From NCBI GenBank assembly GCA_965246715.1, contig CBDFFH010000039.1, forward strand, positions 1 through 64,000: DNA of 64,000 bases. Direction: 5' to 3'. The position numbers and the translations under genes were made by a program. The stretch is from Chamaesiphon sp. GTDB taxonomy: Bacteria > Cyanobacteriota > Cyanobacteriia > Cyanobacteriales > Chamaesiphonaceae. The notes under the pieces were generated by a model. The model was not told the origin of the DNA. It did not search any database and saw nothing but the letters and a program-made list of their open reading frames with translations. This document shows, in pieces, positions 10,117-20,978 of this stretch; within the stretch, counting starts at the first letter, position 1, and every line of letters starts with the position of its first letter.

Positions 10117-11076
10117 TTACGGCTCTGTAACATCCAATTTTGGTGGCAGCGCACGTTTGACTGGCGCTGCTGGTTTTGGCTTATCTACATCCCCGCGCGC
10201 CATTCCTGACGAAGATGGCGAGCCGTTCGGCACTCTAGTGTCGCTTTCTTCAAATGTCTTCTTAAAGGGTCGCTTACTACCGCCATCGCTAGGCGGTCTA
10301 CTCCCACCACCTTTACGTGGCGGCTTGGCTCTCAAGGTTGCGACAAATTGAGCGCTGCGGATCGTCAGGTCGTTATCGACGCGTACGACATCAAAATCCC
10401 AAAAATTACCGACTAGTTTTTGGGGAAGATCGCCAATTAAGCGGATTTTAAAATAGCGCTCTTCCTCGGTTTTTTTCTTGGGAGCCTGACGAATTTTGAC
10501 AAATATCTCTTTAGTCTCGCGGGACTGATAGATCACTTCCCCACGAATCGAGAAATAAGTGTCAGGAATGCCAGAAGTTTCGATCGTCGGCACTGTCTGG
10601 GGTTCGGTTGGTGCGTCGAGGGTCTCATCCGCTGCAACTTCTAATAGCGGCTTGAGTACTAGTTGCGGATCCCAAACACCCATAATTTGGGCGTGCAGTT
10701 TATTATCTTCCTTCCGTATGCGAGGATAGACAACCCACAGATGCGACTTTTCTAAATCGAGATGATTTTTGATCAGACTCATAATGCGACCGAGAATTAC
10801 TGCGTCGATGACCGTGCCATCGTCAGCCAACATCATTCCCTGATTGAACTCCTCGTCAGAGGGTACATACTTACCCATCACCAACCCGATCGCGCGATAC
10901 TGAAGTGGTTCGCTAGCGGGCGGAATTGGTGTATTACCCGTTAGCTGAAGCATCGGGGGTAAGGTTGGGTAATCTGATGGATCTGTTCTTTTGGGTCGCT
11001 TGATTGGTTTAGCGGGTCTGGTGGACGCTTCTGGATGCGACGGGGGCTGATAACTGGGGAATTGTGCAGAACTCAT
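10117..11076 (-). CDS. Conserved cyanobacterial hypothetical protein
   Basis: 319-aa ORF; PIPPASEPLQYRAIGLV...HLWVVYPR core recalled from cyanobacterial hypotheticals; low-complexity ends. Confidence 0.75.
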   Translation of the reverse strand: MSSAQFPSYQPPSHPEASTRPAKPIKRPKRTDPSDYPTLPPMLQLTGNTPIPPASEPLQYRAIGLVMGKYVPSDEEFNQGMMLADDGTVIDAVILGRIMSLIKNHLDLEKSHLWVVYPRIRKEDNKLHAQIMGVWDPQLVLKPLLEVAADETLDAPTEPQTVPTIETSGIPDTYFSIRGEVIYQSRETKEIFVKIRQAPKKKTEEERYFKIRLIGDLPQKLVGNFWDFDVVRVDNDLTIRSAQFVATLRAKPPRKGGGSRPPSDGGSKRPFKKTFEESDTRVPNGSPSSSGMARGDVDKPKPAAPVKRALPPKLDVTEP

Positions 11077-11629
11077 AGAAAATTCCTTCGGACAGAGTCA
11101 AATTTTTTCGATCTCCCTCTCATAGTAATCGGGATCGAAGATCCTAAATTGTGGATACTGAACTAAGTGAGGGATCGGGCGAATTAAATCTGGTACTACT
11201 ACTACAAATAGATCGTGCCCAGATCCAGCTCTCAAAGTACTATATCAGCGATCTGATTGTTGTAAATGACTCACTTCGGTTGCCTCTCTCTTTATAGATT
11301 GATGCCAGCCTATTCTAGCAATTTTTGGTCTAATCTCAAGCTCGATCTCAAACTCCGATCGATTAAAAAAGCTAGCGATGGCAATCTGAGAACGGATTTA
11401 CTGCTGTTGGCCGATCGCGTTGGCTTGGGTCTTTAGCTAAAATCGGTCGGTAGCGCGTAAATTTTGTGCGCCAGTTTCTCAGTAATTGTGCTTGATTACA
11501 AACTGAAATGTAGTAGTAGTTTAGCATAAGGATATAAATTAAGTATTAATTGCTCCATTTGTTACATGCTCTACCGATAAATTATTTGCAGGGTTATTAA
11601 TGAAATCGCTTGAAAACAGCAATATTTAA

Positions 11630-12226
11630 ATGATTAAAATTCCTTTCGATCGATGTGTAATCCTTACTACTCTCGATTTTGAGCAGATTTCCGAGCGATT
11701 GGCGACGGCGATTTACGATCCGCGTTTTTCAGCAGATCGAGCTGCTAATAGCTCACTAAAACATCAGTATTATTGCGGCCAAATCCGTGGATTTAAATTC
11801 TCGGCCAGTCGGATCGTCGGGTTTAAATATTTCCATTTACCGCTCTTTTTATCCCCGACGATTGAAGGAAATATTAATGGATTAGCCAATGGATACGAAA
11901 TCTCGCTAACGGCTAAGCTGCAAAATATCACATTTGTATTGCTGTTAACTTGGCTGGGAGGCTTACTGACGGCTAGTTCGATCGCCTTTGAGAAAGTTTT
12001 ACTCAATATCCAAGACGAGCTTTATGGTAAAAGTTTAGGTATCTCCGTTAGCTTTTACCTCGTGACGATCGCCTATTTCTATTTTAGCTCTTGGCGCACT
12101 ACTAGATTTTTTAAAACATTATTTACCAACGGACTGACAGGGGTTAATAAGATTAGCGTTGCCGATCTACATCCATGGTCGCCCGCCCTGACACGAACTA
12201 ACGTACGGAACTCCACTACAAAGTGA
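11630..12226 (+). CDS. Hypothetical membrane protein (2 predicted TM segments)
   Basis: 198-aa ORF with two hydrophobic stretches. Confidence 0.65.
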   Translation: MIKIPFDRCVILTTLDFEQISERLATAIYDPRFSADRAANSSLKHQYYCGQIRGFKFSASRIVGFKYFHLPLFLSPTIEGNINGLANGYEISLTAKLQNITFVLLLTWLGGLLTASSIAFEKVLLNIQDELYGKSLGISVSFYLVTIAYFYFSSWRTTRFFKTLFTNGLTGVNKISVADLHPWSPALTRTNVRNSTTK

Positions 12227-12236
12227 TATTGCCAAC

Positions 12237-12731
12237 TTAGGAATGCTCGGTTTCTTCACAAGCACCGATACTCACCCAGGTGCTAGATAATTTGCCTGCT
12301 ACCGCGCCGTACCACTCTTTTTTCCAAATCGGGGCTTGATGCTTGAGCGTATCGATCGCATACTTGCAAGCGGCAAATGCTTCTCCCCGATGCGGGCAAC
12401 CCACCGCTACCAATACGCTAATCTCACCGATTTTTAGCTTACCGACGCGGTGGTAAATAACCACGCGATTTGCCTCCGGCCATTGTTGGCGAATCTCCCA
12501 ACCGATCTGCGCCAATACTCGCATCGCCATCGGCTCGTATGCCTGATATTCTAGGTATGCTACCGCTTGCCCCTCAGTGCGATCGCGGACTGTCCCACTC
12601 ATGATGACTACTGCCCCATTAGCCGGATCGTCAGCCAGTTGGTAAACTTCATCTAACGATAGGGGTGCAAACCCGATCGCGAATCGATCGAGTGGATGAG
12701 CGCTGAATTGAGTGAGTGTTGTAGATGTCAC
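12237..12731 (-). CDS. moaE: Molybdopterin synthase catalytic subunit
   Basis: GAVVIMSGTVR, LEYQAYEPMA, HRVGKL, HRGEAF, IDTLKHQAPIWKKE. Confidence 0.95.
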   Translation of the reverse strand: MTSTTLTQFSAHPLDRFAIGFAPLSLDEVYQLADDPANGAVVIMSGTVRDRTEGQAVAYLEYQAYEPMAMRVLAQIGWEIRQQWPEANRVVIYHRVGKLKIGEISVLVAVGCPHRGEAFAACKYAIDTLKHQAPIWKKEWYGAVAGKLSSTWVSIGACEETEHS

Positions 12732-12853
12732 GGTTGTAGATAATTAAAAATTAGCGATCTTCTTAGCAAGCTGCGCTGCCAAGGATGAGAAAGTTATTGC
12801 GCTCGTCTTAGCTATATGTTAAGATACAGAATGTTAGCTTAGCACTAAGACGT

Positions 12854-12940
12854 GGAGCGGTGGCTGAGTGGTCGAAAGCGGCACACTGCTAATGTGTTGT
12901 AGGAGTAATCCTACCGAGGGTTCGAATCCCTCCCTCTCCG
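12854..12940 (+). tRNA. tRNA-Ser(GCT)
   Basis: Cloverleaf: D arm TGGCTGAGTGGTCGAAAGC, anticodon arm GCACA-CTGCTAA-TGTGT, long variable arm, T arm GAGGGTTCGAATCCCTC; CCA not encoded. Confidence 0.95.
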
Positions 12941-12962
12941 TCTTTAAATTATATCTTTTGAG

Positions 12963-12999
12963 TAAGGATCTCGGTATTAAATATCGAGATCCTTATTTC
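12963..12999 (+). terminator. Intrinsic terminator after tRNA
   Basis: TAAGGATCTCG...CGAGATCCTTA followed by T-rich tail. Confidence 0.7.
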
Positions 13000-13027
13000 T
13001 ATTATTGCCTCTCTATCTAAACACCAA

Positions 13028-13879
13028 ATGTTAGCGATCGGTTGTGCTGTGTGGTCTTATCCTGGTTGGGTAGGGGAAGTATATCCGCCCAAAACACCTG
13101 CAAAGGATTTTTTGCGCTTATATAGCAACTACTTTCCAGCGGTAGAAGGGAATACGACTTTTTATGCCATTCCCGATCGAAAGACGCTCGAGCGTTGGAT
13201 CGCGCAAACTCCCACAGGATTTAAATTTTGTCTGAAGTTTCCCAAAGCAATTACCCATCACGGATTGCTAGCAGCACAGATCGCTCCCGCCCAGGCATTT
13301 ATCGCGCAAATGCAGGAATTAGGCGAGCGATTGGGCGTAATGTTCGTGCAATTACCGCCAAATTATAAACCCGATAATCTAGCCGACTTGACGACATTTT
13401 TAACCGCGCTCCCGCGTCAAGATGTCGATATCGCGCTCGAAGTACGTCATCTAGATTGGTTTAAATCGCCGCAGCAAGAGCGATTGACCGAGCTATTGAT
13501 TAAATTGCATGTCGGACGAGTCATCTTGGACACTCGATCGATTTATGAGGCAGATCCAGCATTAGGCGAGAGAGTGGAGTGCAAGAAACCATGCGTACCC
13601 TTAGCATTGAGCCTGACGGCACCATTTAGTATCATTCGCTATGTGTCCCATCCAGTCCAATCGGCAAATCAGGTGTGGCTGGCAGGATGGACGAGCCAGA
13701 TTCAGACCTGGTTAGAACGGGATCCGCAAATATATATGTTCGTACATTGTCCGATCGAAGCGCGCTCGCCGATTAATGCGCGTTACCTCCATCAAATTTT
13801 TACAACTGCGGGGATTTCACTGGCACCACTACCACCAAATCCTACTGTGAATTTACCAACTCAGTTGCGGCTGTTTTGA
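13028..13879 (+). CDS. DUF72 (YecE-like) protein
   Basis: IGCAVWSYPGW, VEGNTTFYA, FKFCLKFP, QLPP, ALEVRH. Confidence 0.9.
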   Translation: MLAIGCAVWSYPGWVGEVYPPKTPAKDFLRLYSNYFPAVEGNTTFYAIPDRKTLERWIAQTPTGFKFCLKFPKAITHHGLLAAQIAPAQAFIAQMQELGERLGVMFVQLPPNYKPDNLADLTTFLTALPRQDVDIALEVRHLDWFKSPQQERLTELLIKLHVGRVILDTRSIYEADPALGERVECKKPCVPLALSLTAPFSIIRYVSHPVQSANQVWLAGWTSQIQTWLERDPQIYMFVHCPIEARSPINARYLHQIFTTAGISLAPLPPNPTVNLPTQLRLF

Positions 13880-14301
13880 ACGACGAACGCTCGTGTCATC
13901 GCGCTTGCGATGACAGTTTGTTATTGAGTGCGATCGCCGATGACAACTATATTATTTTTGCAAATTAACGATTCGATATCCAAGTCTTAACCTTGGTATG
14001 GAAGACTAATCACATGCAGCTATTGAGTTATTCGCTAATTAAGCGATTAGCTGTAGATTTTGCTACAAAAGTAGAATTTACCTAACATTATTCAACCCGT
14101 ATTATTCTGACAAACTTCTATTCCAATATTATTCTTTCAAAATTATTTATCAGCTATCGGAGTATTTGCGCGCGACTGTAAAGCATCTAGATCGTCTGGC
14201 TTAAATATTTTTGATGAGTAAAGCGGAAATTGCAGTAGTTGAATTGGGAGCTTGCTTTTACTCAAGCGGATTATTTATTTTATTGTAAGGAAAATGCCCT
14301 C

Positions 14302-17300
14302 ATGGTTGAATTAAAAGGTTTTGCTTCGATACCTGCCGATACTTTTGCGCCTGGACCAGCTTCTGGTAAGTTTATCACTGGTACTACCAATGGTAGAACG
14401 ATCCCTTTCCCCAGCCAACCAGTTCAGGGGTTTAGTGCAGTTCAACTCTCCGATACAGCAGGCACATATTGGTTTATGCCTGATAATGGTTTTGGAGCAA
14501 AGTCTAATAGTGCTGACTTTTTATTAAGATTTTACAAGATTACTCCAAGTTTTCAAGGGATTGGCAGCGGTACTGGTTCGGCAAAAATTGGTGATTTTCT
14601 CCAATTATCTGACCCCGATAAAAAAGTCTCTTTCAAGATTACCAATAACGATACAACCGATCGCTTGTTAACTGGTGCAGATTTCGATATCGAATCTTTT
14701 GTATTCGATAAAGACGGTAGTATCTGGGTAGGAGAAGAATTTGGCCCTTACCTATTACACTTCGATGCTAAAGGTAAACTGCTGGATCCGCCGATCGCGA
14801 CGCCGATCGATACTAAACTCAAAACCCTCAATGGTAAAGCACCCCTAGTTATCGGACATCGTGGCGATAGTGGCGAATATCCCGAACACACGATCGAATC
14901 CTACAAACGCGCGATCGAAGTTGGAGCTAATTTCATCGAGCCAGATTTAGTCGCTACCAAAGATGGAGTCCTCATCGCTCGACACGAACCGAACTTAATC
15001 GGTACCACCGATGTCAAAGACCGTCCCGAATTTGCCAACCGCAAGCGAACGGTAGTAGTCGATGGTGTCGCCGAAGAAGGTTTCTTTGCCTACGACTTCA
15101 CGCTGGCTGAAATCAAGACGCTCCGAGCGACTCAGCGGGTAGATTATCGCAGTAAGATTTATGATGGGATCTTTACTATCCCTACGCTTGATGAAATCAT
15201 CGATTTAGTTAAGAAAGAAGAGCAGATTTCTGGTCGTAAAGTTGGCATCTATCCCGAAACCAAGCACCCCACTTTCTACGCCAAAGAGGCTAAGGCTCTC
15301 GACGGTACGAAGATCGAATTTAACCTCGGGCAGAAACTCGTTGACAGCTTAGTCAAAAATAAATTCACCGATCCTAGTCGCGTCTTCATCCAATCCTTCG
15401 AGGTCGGCAACCTGAAGGAACTGAAAAATACGATCTTACCCAAAGCTGGAATTAGTATTCCCTTGGTGCAATTGCTGGATGCCAATGATGTCAATCCCGA
15501 TGGTACGCTACAAGAAATTCAGCCTTATGACTTCGTAGTTAGTGGCGACAAACGCACCTACGCCGACCTCCGTACCCCAGCAGGTTTGAAAGAAATCAAA
15601 ACCTACGCCGACGGCATCGGGCCTTGGAAGCCGATGATTGTGCCGACAAGAACATTTGATGCCAATAATGATGGGAAGCCCGACGATCTCAATAATGATG
15701 GTGTTATTAACGATGGCGATCGCGTGACTCTTCCCGCAACGACATTGATTGCTGACGCTCATACCGCTGGCTTGCAGGTTCATGCTTATACATTCCGCAA
15801 CGAAGCGCGGAATCTAGCTTATGATTACCTTGGCAATCCCGAATTAGAATTCCAGAAATTCATCAACCTCGGTCTGGATGCCTACTTCACCGACTTCCCC
15901 GAAACTGGTGCCAAAGTTCGCGACCAACTTAGTGCTTCGGTAGTGCGCTCCCCTGACAATCCTGATGTCTTGGCAACGACAAAGTTTACTACACTCACTG
16001 GCAAAGCGCCGATCGTCATCGGCCACCGTGGGGCAGCTGGTTTGCGTCCTGAAGAGACGCTTGCTTCCTATAAAGAAGCGGTAGCACTAGGCGCGGACTT
16101 TATCGAACCAGATATCGTCGCGACCAAAGATGGCAAACTCATCGCGCGTCATGAAAACGCGCTCGCGACAGTCTTCTTAAATCCTGACGGGACGATTCAA
16201 AAGGATGCTAGCGGTAAGCCAGTTATCAATTTCACCAATACTACTACTGATGTCTACACGCGATCGGAATTTGACAAGCTGCTGACCGTGAAAACGATCG
16301 ATGGGGTGAAAGTTGGTGGTTGGTTCTCCGAGGATATGACCTTGGCAGAAATCAAGACCTTAAATGCGATCGAGCGGTTGCCAGCTCTCCGTGGCACTGC
16401 TTACGACAAAGATAAGCTCAAAGTTCTGACCCTGGATGAAATTATCGACTTCGTCCAACAGGTCGAAAAAGAAACTGGGCGGAAAGTCGGTATTTATCCC
16501 GAAACCAAGCATCCCACCTACTTTGCAACTGAAGGCAAACGTCTCGATGGGACATTAATAAACATCAACCTCAGTCAAAAGATCGTTGATACTTTAGTCG
16601 CGAAAAACTTCACCGACCCCAGCCGCGTCTTCATTCAATCCTTTGAAGTTAGTAACTTACAGGAATTGAAAAACACCATCCTGCCAGCGGCAAAGCTGAA
16701 TATCCCCCTCGTCCAGCTAATTGGCGGCTCTGGCAAACCCTATGACTTTACCGTTCGCGGTGATATCCGTACCTATGCCGATATCATCAAACCTAACGGC
16801 TTGACTGATGTAGCTAAATATGCTGCTGGAATCGGTCCTGACAAACGCTTAATCGTCCCCGCAACTGCTGCCAAAACAAACCCCGATGGGACGATCGCTG
16901 ACTTTAATGGTGACGGTCAAATCAGTGATGCCGATCGGGTAACTGGTACGCCGACTACCCTGATTGCTGATGCTCACACAGCCGGATTGCAGGTGCATCT
17001 TTACACCATCCGCGATGATGCGTTCTTCCTCGCTTCTAACTATAATGGCGATGCCAGCAAGGAATACAAGCAATTTATCGATCTCGGTGTCGATGCCTTC
17101 TTCACCGATTTCCCCAATACTGGTGCCCAAATCGTTCGAGATGCTTATGTCGGTTTGCCCGTACAGCCTAATTTGGGTAGTTCTAAAGGTTTTGAAGGGA
17201 TGGCCATCAATCCAGCCAAAACGATCGTTCATCCCCTGCTAGAAGGCACTGTAGCTGGCGATCCGCTTGATGCGCTCCGGTTATATGACTTCGATCCTAA

Positions 17301-18213
17301 AACCAAAACTTTTGGGGATAAATTTAAGTTCTACCGCAAGGAGAATCCCGTTTACTCGATCGGCGACATGGCAGTTGTCAATGAAAATGAGTATCTAGTC
17401 ATCGAGCGCGACCAATATCAAGGCGATGGTTCCACCGGACAACCGCCAGCATCGTTCAAGAAGATCTTTAAGATCGACTTTTCCAAAGTGGACGCTCAAG
17501 GCTACGTCCAGAAGGAAGAAATCGCCGACTTAATGAATATCGCCGATCCGAACGACCTCAATAAAGATGGCAAAACTATTTACAAGATGCCATTCGTGAC
17601 GATCGAGAATCTACTCGTTCTCGACAAAGATACAATCTTGGTTGCTAACGACAACAACTATCCGTTCTCGATCGGTCGCCCGCCAGGAATCGATAATGAC
17701 GAACTCGTCCAGTTAAAATTGGACAAACCGCTCAATCTGTCCGGTAAATATCTCGATTTACGGGGTAAGACTGGTAAAGTCAGCTTTGAGTCTAAAGTGA
17801 CTGCTGATGCTGCTTACATGAATTATGGTGGCTTCTACACGATCGATGATACTAATGGCGCAATTGGTACTCTCAAACCCGGCGATGCTGGCTATGCGGC
17901 TGAGGCATTAAAACGCGCGGTAGCGAGCATTGCTAAGAATGAAACTAGTGGCACCTACCAGTTTGATGGCGGTAAAATTCTCGCACCGTTCTTGGTCGCC
18001 AATGGTACTACTACCGACTTCCTCACCAAGAATGCCGCTAATGCAGCAGGCTCAGCACCCAATGCTTATTTCTTGTATGCCGAAGCTAATCCTGACAAGA
18101 TCGAACACATCCGATCGATCGGTAACTACCAATATGCCTGCGAGGATCTCTTTGGTGGTGGTGATAATGACTTCAATGATTTTATGATTCAACTCAATAT
18201 CAAACCAGCATAG
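14302..18213 (+). CDS. Esterase-like phytase domain interrupted by two glycerophosphodiester phosphodiesterase (GDPD) domains, C-terminal DUF4114
   Basis: QPVQGFS/PDNGFG/DFDIES/GEEFGP, then 2x IGHRG...IEPD...IYPETKHP...FIQSFE...FTDFP, then SKGFEGMA...NDNNYP; tail [16 protein letters not shown] 14302 preceded by AAGGA. Confidence 0.85.
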   Translation: MVELKGFASIPADTFAPGPASGKFITGTTNGRTIPFPSQPVQGFSAVQLSDTAGTYWFMPDNGFGAKSNSADFLLRFYKITPSFQGIGSGTGSAKIGDFLQLSDPDKKVSFKITNNDTTDRLLTGADFDIESFVFDKDGSIWVGEEFGPYLLHFDAKGKLLDPPIATPIDTKLKTLNGKAPLVIGHRGDSGEYPEHTIESYKRAIEVGANFIEPDLVATKDGVLIARHEPNLIGTTDVKDRPEFANRKRTVVVDGVAEEGFFAYDFTLAEIKTLRATQRVDYRSKIYDGIFTIPTLDEIIDLVKKEEQISGRKVGIYPETKHPTFYAKEAKALDGTKIEFNLGQKLVDSLVKNKFTDPSRVFIQSFEVGNLKELKNTILPKAGISIPLVQLLDANDVNPDGTLQEIQPYDFVVSGDKRTYADLRTPAGLKEIKTYADGIGPWKPMIVPTRTFDANNDGKPDDLNNDGVINDGDRVTLPATTLIADAHTAGLQVHAYTFRNEARNLAYDYLGNPELEFQKFINLGLDAYFTDFPETGAKVRDQLSASVVRSPDNPDVLATTKFTTLTGKAPIVIGHRGAAGLRPEETLASYKEAVALGADFIEPDIVATKDGKLIARHENALATVFLNPDGTIQKDASGKPVINFTNTTTDVYTRSEFDKLLTVKTIDGVKVGGWFSEDMTLAEIKTLNAIERLPALRGTAYDKDKLKVLTLDEIIDFVQQVEKETGRKVGIYPETKHPTYFATEGKRLDGTLININLSQKIVDTLVAKNFTDPSRVFIQSFEVSNLQELKNTILPAAKLNIPLVQLIGGSGKPYDFTVRGDIRTYADIIKPNGLTDVAKYAAGIGPDKRLIVPATAAKTNPDGTIADFNGDGQISDADRVTGTPTTLIADAHTAGLQVHLYTIRDDAFFLASNYNGDASKEYKQFIDLGVDAFFTDFPNTGAQIVRDAYVGLPVQPNLGSSKGFEGMAINPAKTIVHPLLEGTVAGDPLDALRLYDFDPKTKTFGDKFKFYRKENPVYSIGDMAVVNENEYLVIERDQYQGDGSTGQPPASFKKIFKIDFSKVDAQGYVQKEEIADLMNIADPNDLNKDGKTIYKMPFVTIENLLVLDKDTILVANDNNYPFSIGRPPGIDNDELVQLKLDKPLNLSGKYLDLRGKTGKVSFESKVTADAAYMNYGGFYTIDDTNGAIGTLKPGDAGYAAEALKRAVASIAKNETSGTYQFDGGKILAPFLVANGTTTDFLTKNAANAAGSAPNAYFLYAEANPDKIEHIRSIGNYQYACEDLFGGGDNDFNDFMIQLNIKPA

Positions 18214-18260
18214 AACTGGCTAAGCCGATGTAAATTTGCATCGAGCCGACAGATCTGAAT

Positions 18261-18296
18261 AATAAGAGCCAAGTAATATATTACTTGGCTCTTATT
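18261..18296. terminator. Perfect 36-bp palindrome, probable terminator
   Basis: AATAAGAGCCAAGTAATA|TATTACTTGGCTCTTATT about 48 bp after the stop codon. Confidence 0.65.
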
Positions 18297-18359
18297 TGCT
18301 GATGGCGATCGCGATCGCGGCTTGGAGGTGTTGCTGATTTTAGGTATGATTTACCGCAA

Positions 18360-18557
18360 CCCACATTCCGCTAGTCTAAGCGATCGAAAAATAATTAGAA
18401 CGAAGCCATCGGATCGTAACGATCGTATTATCAATAACAAAGACTATTGAGAATGTACTGTCGATCGCTAAAACCAGACTAAATCGCTAGAAAGGCTGCT
18501 CTGACAGGATTGTGGGTCTTATTATTTTTTTAGGCAATCGAACTAGCGGAATGTGGG
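18360..18557. mobile_element. MITE with 16-bp perfect TIRs (possibly IS1634-related)
   Basis: CCCACATTCCGCTAGT ... ACTAGCGGAATGTGGG; flanks CCGCAA/CTGCAA resemble a 6-bp TSD; family assignment tentative. Confidence 0.75.
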
Positions 18558-18592
18558 CTGCAATTAACCGGATCCCTGCCGCTCTTACAAAT

Positions 18593-18752
18593 GAAAAAAC
18601 CAGCAGATAACTCGATCGGCTGGTAAATTAGCTGTGTTGGGAGGAGAAAACTCGTTCCTTAGACTCTGACAAAAACTTGCGTTGCTCGCGACTTCTGCTA
18701 TCGCCGAACCGATTGTTAATGTTGAATTTTAAAGCTCTTTGTTATCTCTTAT
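18593..18752 (-). ncRNA. Candidate small RNA (~160 nt)
   Basis: TTGCAT-17-TACAAT promoter with extended TG; no ATG in the transcript; terminator ACCAGC...GCTGGT-TTTTT; contains CTCCTCC. Confidence 0.55.
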
Positions 18753-18757
18753 TAAGA

Positions 18758-18786
18758 ATTGTAACAACTATCTTGCAAAAATGCAA
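18758..18786 (-). promoter_or_regulatory. Sigma70-type promoter for the candidate sRNA
   Basis: -35 TTGCAT (18786-18781), 17-nt spacer, TG-n-TACAAT (18763-18758). Confidence 0.6.
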
Positions 18787-19011
18787 ATAATTTCTACCGC
18801 AAACATGTTTTCGGTAGAAATTGGAGTTTTAATCCTAAGTAATCATCGAGCTTTTAGGGTAGCGCTCTAAAAACCACGATCGCTGGATCGATTACCAGTC
18901 AATATACTCAGCCAATGCGATCGAGCTACGGAATTACTTATCGATTGCTAAATCTCGATCGTCAGCGCGATCTGTTGGAGGTATGAGGTTCCAAAAATTA
19001 CTGGTTGTGGG

Positions 19012-19130
19012 AAAAAAGTAAAGGAGTCGAGCGTTAGACTTTATTACTCACCGACCCCTACACTCCAAATAAAACCACCCTGTATGCTTCTGGAATACTA
19101 AATCAATTAGTATCCGCTCGAGTACACATG
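19012..19130 (-). ncRNA. Second candidate small RNA (~120 nt)
   Basis: 5' hairpin GGATACTAA-TTGAT-TTAGTATTCC; terminator GGGGTCG...CGACTCC-TTTACTTTTTT; weak -10 TACGCT. Confidence 0.35.
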
Positions 19131-19292
19131 ACAATAGCGTAACTCTTTTACTCGTAGATCTAAAGGTAAAAAGGTAACTAAAAAGTTAGTTTTTGGTGTA
19201 TGTATCTTAGATGTAGTCTAAGACTATATTTTGCTATTTATTGTAGTTAAAAAGAGCGAAAACAACGAATGCTAGATCGCGATCGACGATCG

Positions 19293-20978
19293 CTAAGATG
19301 GAACTGTATAAGCGATGAGCTGTCCGATGCGTTGGCGGAGCGTGTCTAGATTGATGCGCTCTGCGGCGGAGATAAACACGGCATTCGGAAATTCTTCCTC
19401 AGCTTGAGCGAGCCGCTCATCATCAACCCGATCGATCTTATTAAATGCGATCAACGAAGGCCCTGGGGCGATCGGCATCTCACCCAAAATGCCCATCACC
19501 GATCGAATATGACTGTGCCAAGCTGGGTGTGATAAGTCGATCAAATGAATCAAGGCATCAGCTTCAGTTACTTCCTCTAATGTAGCACGAAAGGCATCCA
19601 TTAGGGGTGGTGGTAATTCGTGGATGAAACCGACGGTATCGGTGAGCAAAATTTGCCGCAATTCACCAGTATTACTCGCTGGGACGTTAAAGCGGCGAGT
19701 CGTCGGATCGAGCGTCGCAAATAACTGGTCGGCGATATAAACTTCGGAATTGGTGAGGATATTTAGCAGGGTAGATTTCCCAGCGTTAGTATAACCGACG
19801 ACAGCAACAGATGGCACATCGTGATGCTGGCGTTGTTGGCGCAACCGCGAACGATGCGCTTGCAGTTGGTTGACATCTTGCTGGAGCCGGGAGATCCGCT
19901 TTTGGATCGTCCGGCGTTCGGTTTCTAGTTTGGTTTCCCCAGGGCCTCGCGTGCCGATCCCACCACCCTGACGGGACATGGCGCGACCGCGACCCGTGAG
20001 TCGGGGTAGCATATATTCTAGCTGGGCGAGTTCGACTTGTAATTTACCCGCACCAGATTGAGCGCGTTGGGCAAAAATATCTAAAATTACCTCAGTGCGA
20101 TCGACTACCCGAATACCGATTTGAGTTTCGAGATTTCGCGATTGACTGGGCGAGAGATTGCAATCAAAGACGATTAGATTCGCACCGACTTTTTGCGCGG
20201 ATAGCGCGATTTCTTGGATTTTCCCTTCACCGACAACGGTTTGGGGGTGGGGACGCGATCGTTTTTGCTGGATGGTTTCGAGGACCTCACCCCCGGCGGT
20301 TTCTACCAGTCTGACTAGTTCCTCCAGTCCATCGGTAAAGCGTTGCGTAGTTACAAAGTCAGTTTTGACCCCAACTAATAATACTCGATCGACTTCATCG
20401 GCTACATTCTGATTGGCGACATCTCGCTCGTACTCACGCTCGATGCCATCGACTAGTTCGAGAAAATCCTGGTCGCTGAGGACATCCAGCGATAAAGGTG
20501 GCGAAATCGTCCAATTGATTTCTGGATGCGGGACGAGATGGGCGAGATAGGTATCCTGAATATAGCCAGTTACGCCACCACCGCGTTTTTGAAAGCCGCT
20601 ACCAGTGATATTGAGGATGACTAATGCATCCAACCGTTGCAGCGCCATCGCCGTTAATGAAGCTTCGCCAGGAATATCGGGTTTGAGTTGAGTAGAAATA
20701 CATCGAATCCCACTCAATCGTTCCGCACCATAACGGGGTAATTCGAGCGGCGGGATTTGGGTTTGGCGGGGTGTCCCCACTCCCAATCGGATAATTTGAC
20801 CGCGCCGATTGATATATGCACTCAGTGGGTCGCCGATTTCGGCACTAATTGCAGCTAGTCTTTGAGCAAATTCTGGCGTGATCAATCGATCGCCTGGTAA
20901 TCTCTGGCTGTAGAGTCGCCGCAGTTGTTTGAGTTGGTTGGACTTTAATCCTTGTAAGTTGCCGTAGATGGTCTCGAT
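19293..20978 (-). CDS. hflX: GTPase HflX (long cyanobacterial form), probable ATC start
   Basis: LQVELAQLEY, GTRGPGETKLE, VGYTNAGKSTL, LFATLDPTTR, DTVGFI, NKID; ORF track uses GTG 21035. Confidence 0.95.
   Translation of the reverse strand: METIYGNLQGLKSNQLKQLRRLYSQRLPGDRLITPEFAQRLAAISAEIGDPLSAYINRRGQIIRLGVGTPRQTQIPPLELPRYGAERLSGIRCISTQLKPDIPGEASLTAMALQRLDALVILNITGSGFQKRGGGVTGYIQDTYLAHLVPHPEINWTISPPLSLDVLSDQDFLELVDGIEREYERDVANQNVADEVDRVLLVGVKTDFVTTQRFTDGLEELVRLVETAGGEVLETIQQKRSRPHPQTVVGEGKIQEIALSAQKVGANLIVFDCNLSPSQSRNLETQIGIRVVDRTEVILDIFAQRAQSGAGKLQVELAQLEYMLPRLTGRGRAMSRQGGGIGTRGPGETKLETERRTIQKRISRLQQDVNQLQAHRSRLRQQRQHHDVPSVAVVGYTNAGKSTLLNILTNSEVYIADQLFATLDPTTRRFNVPASNTGELRQILLTDTVGFIHELPPPLMDAFRATLEEVTEADALIHLIDLSHPAWHSHIRSVMGILGEMPIAPGPSLIAFNKIDRVDDERLAQAEEEFPNAVFISAAERINLDTLRQRIGQLIAYTVPS

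Noticed and set aside
13980..14210. Pho (SphR) boxes upstream of the phytase/GDPD gene
   Set aside because: Only isolated CTTAACCT-like half-sites; no properly spaced tandem array.
18630..18655. Identification of the sRNA candidate as Yfr1 or IsaR1
   Set aside because: It lacks the exact Yfr1 ACTCCTCACAC motif and is much longer than either; left unnamed.
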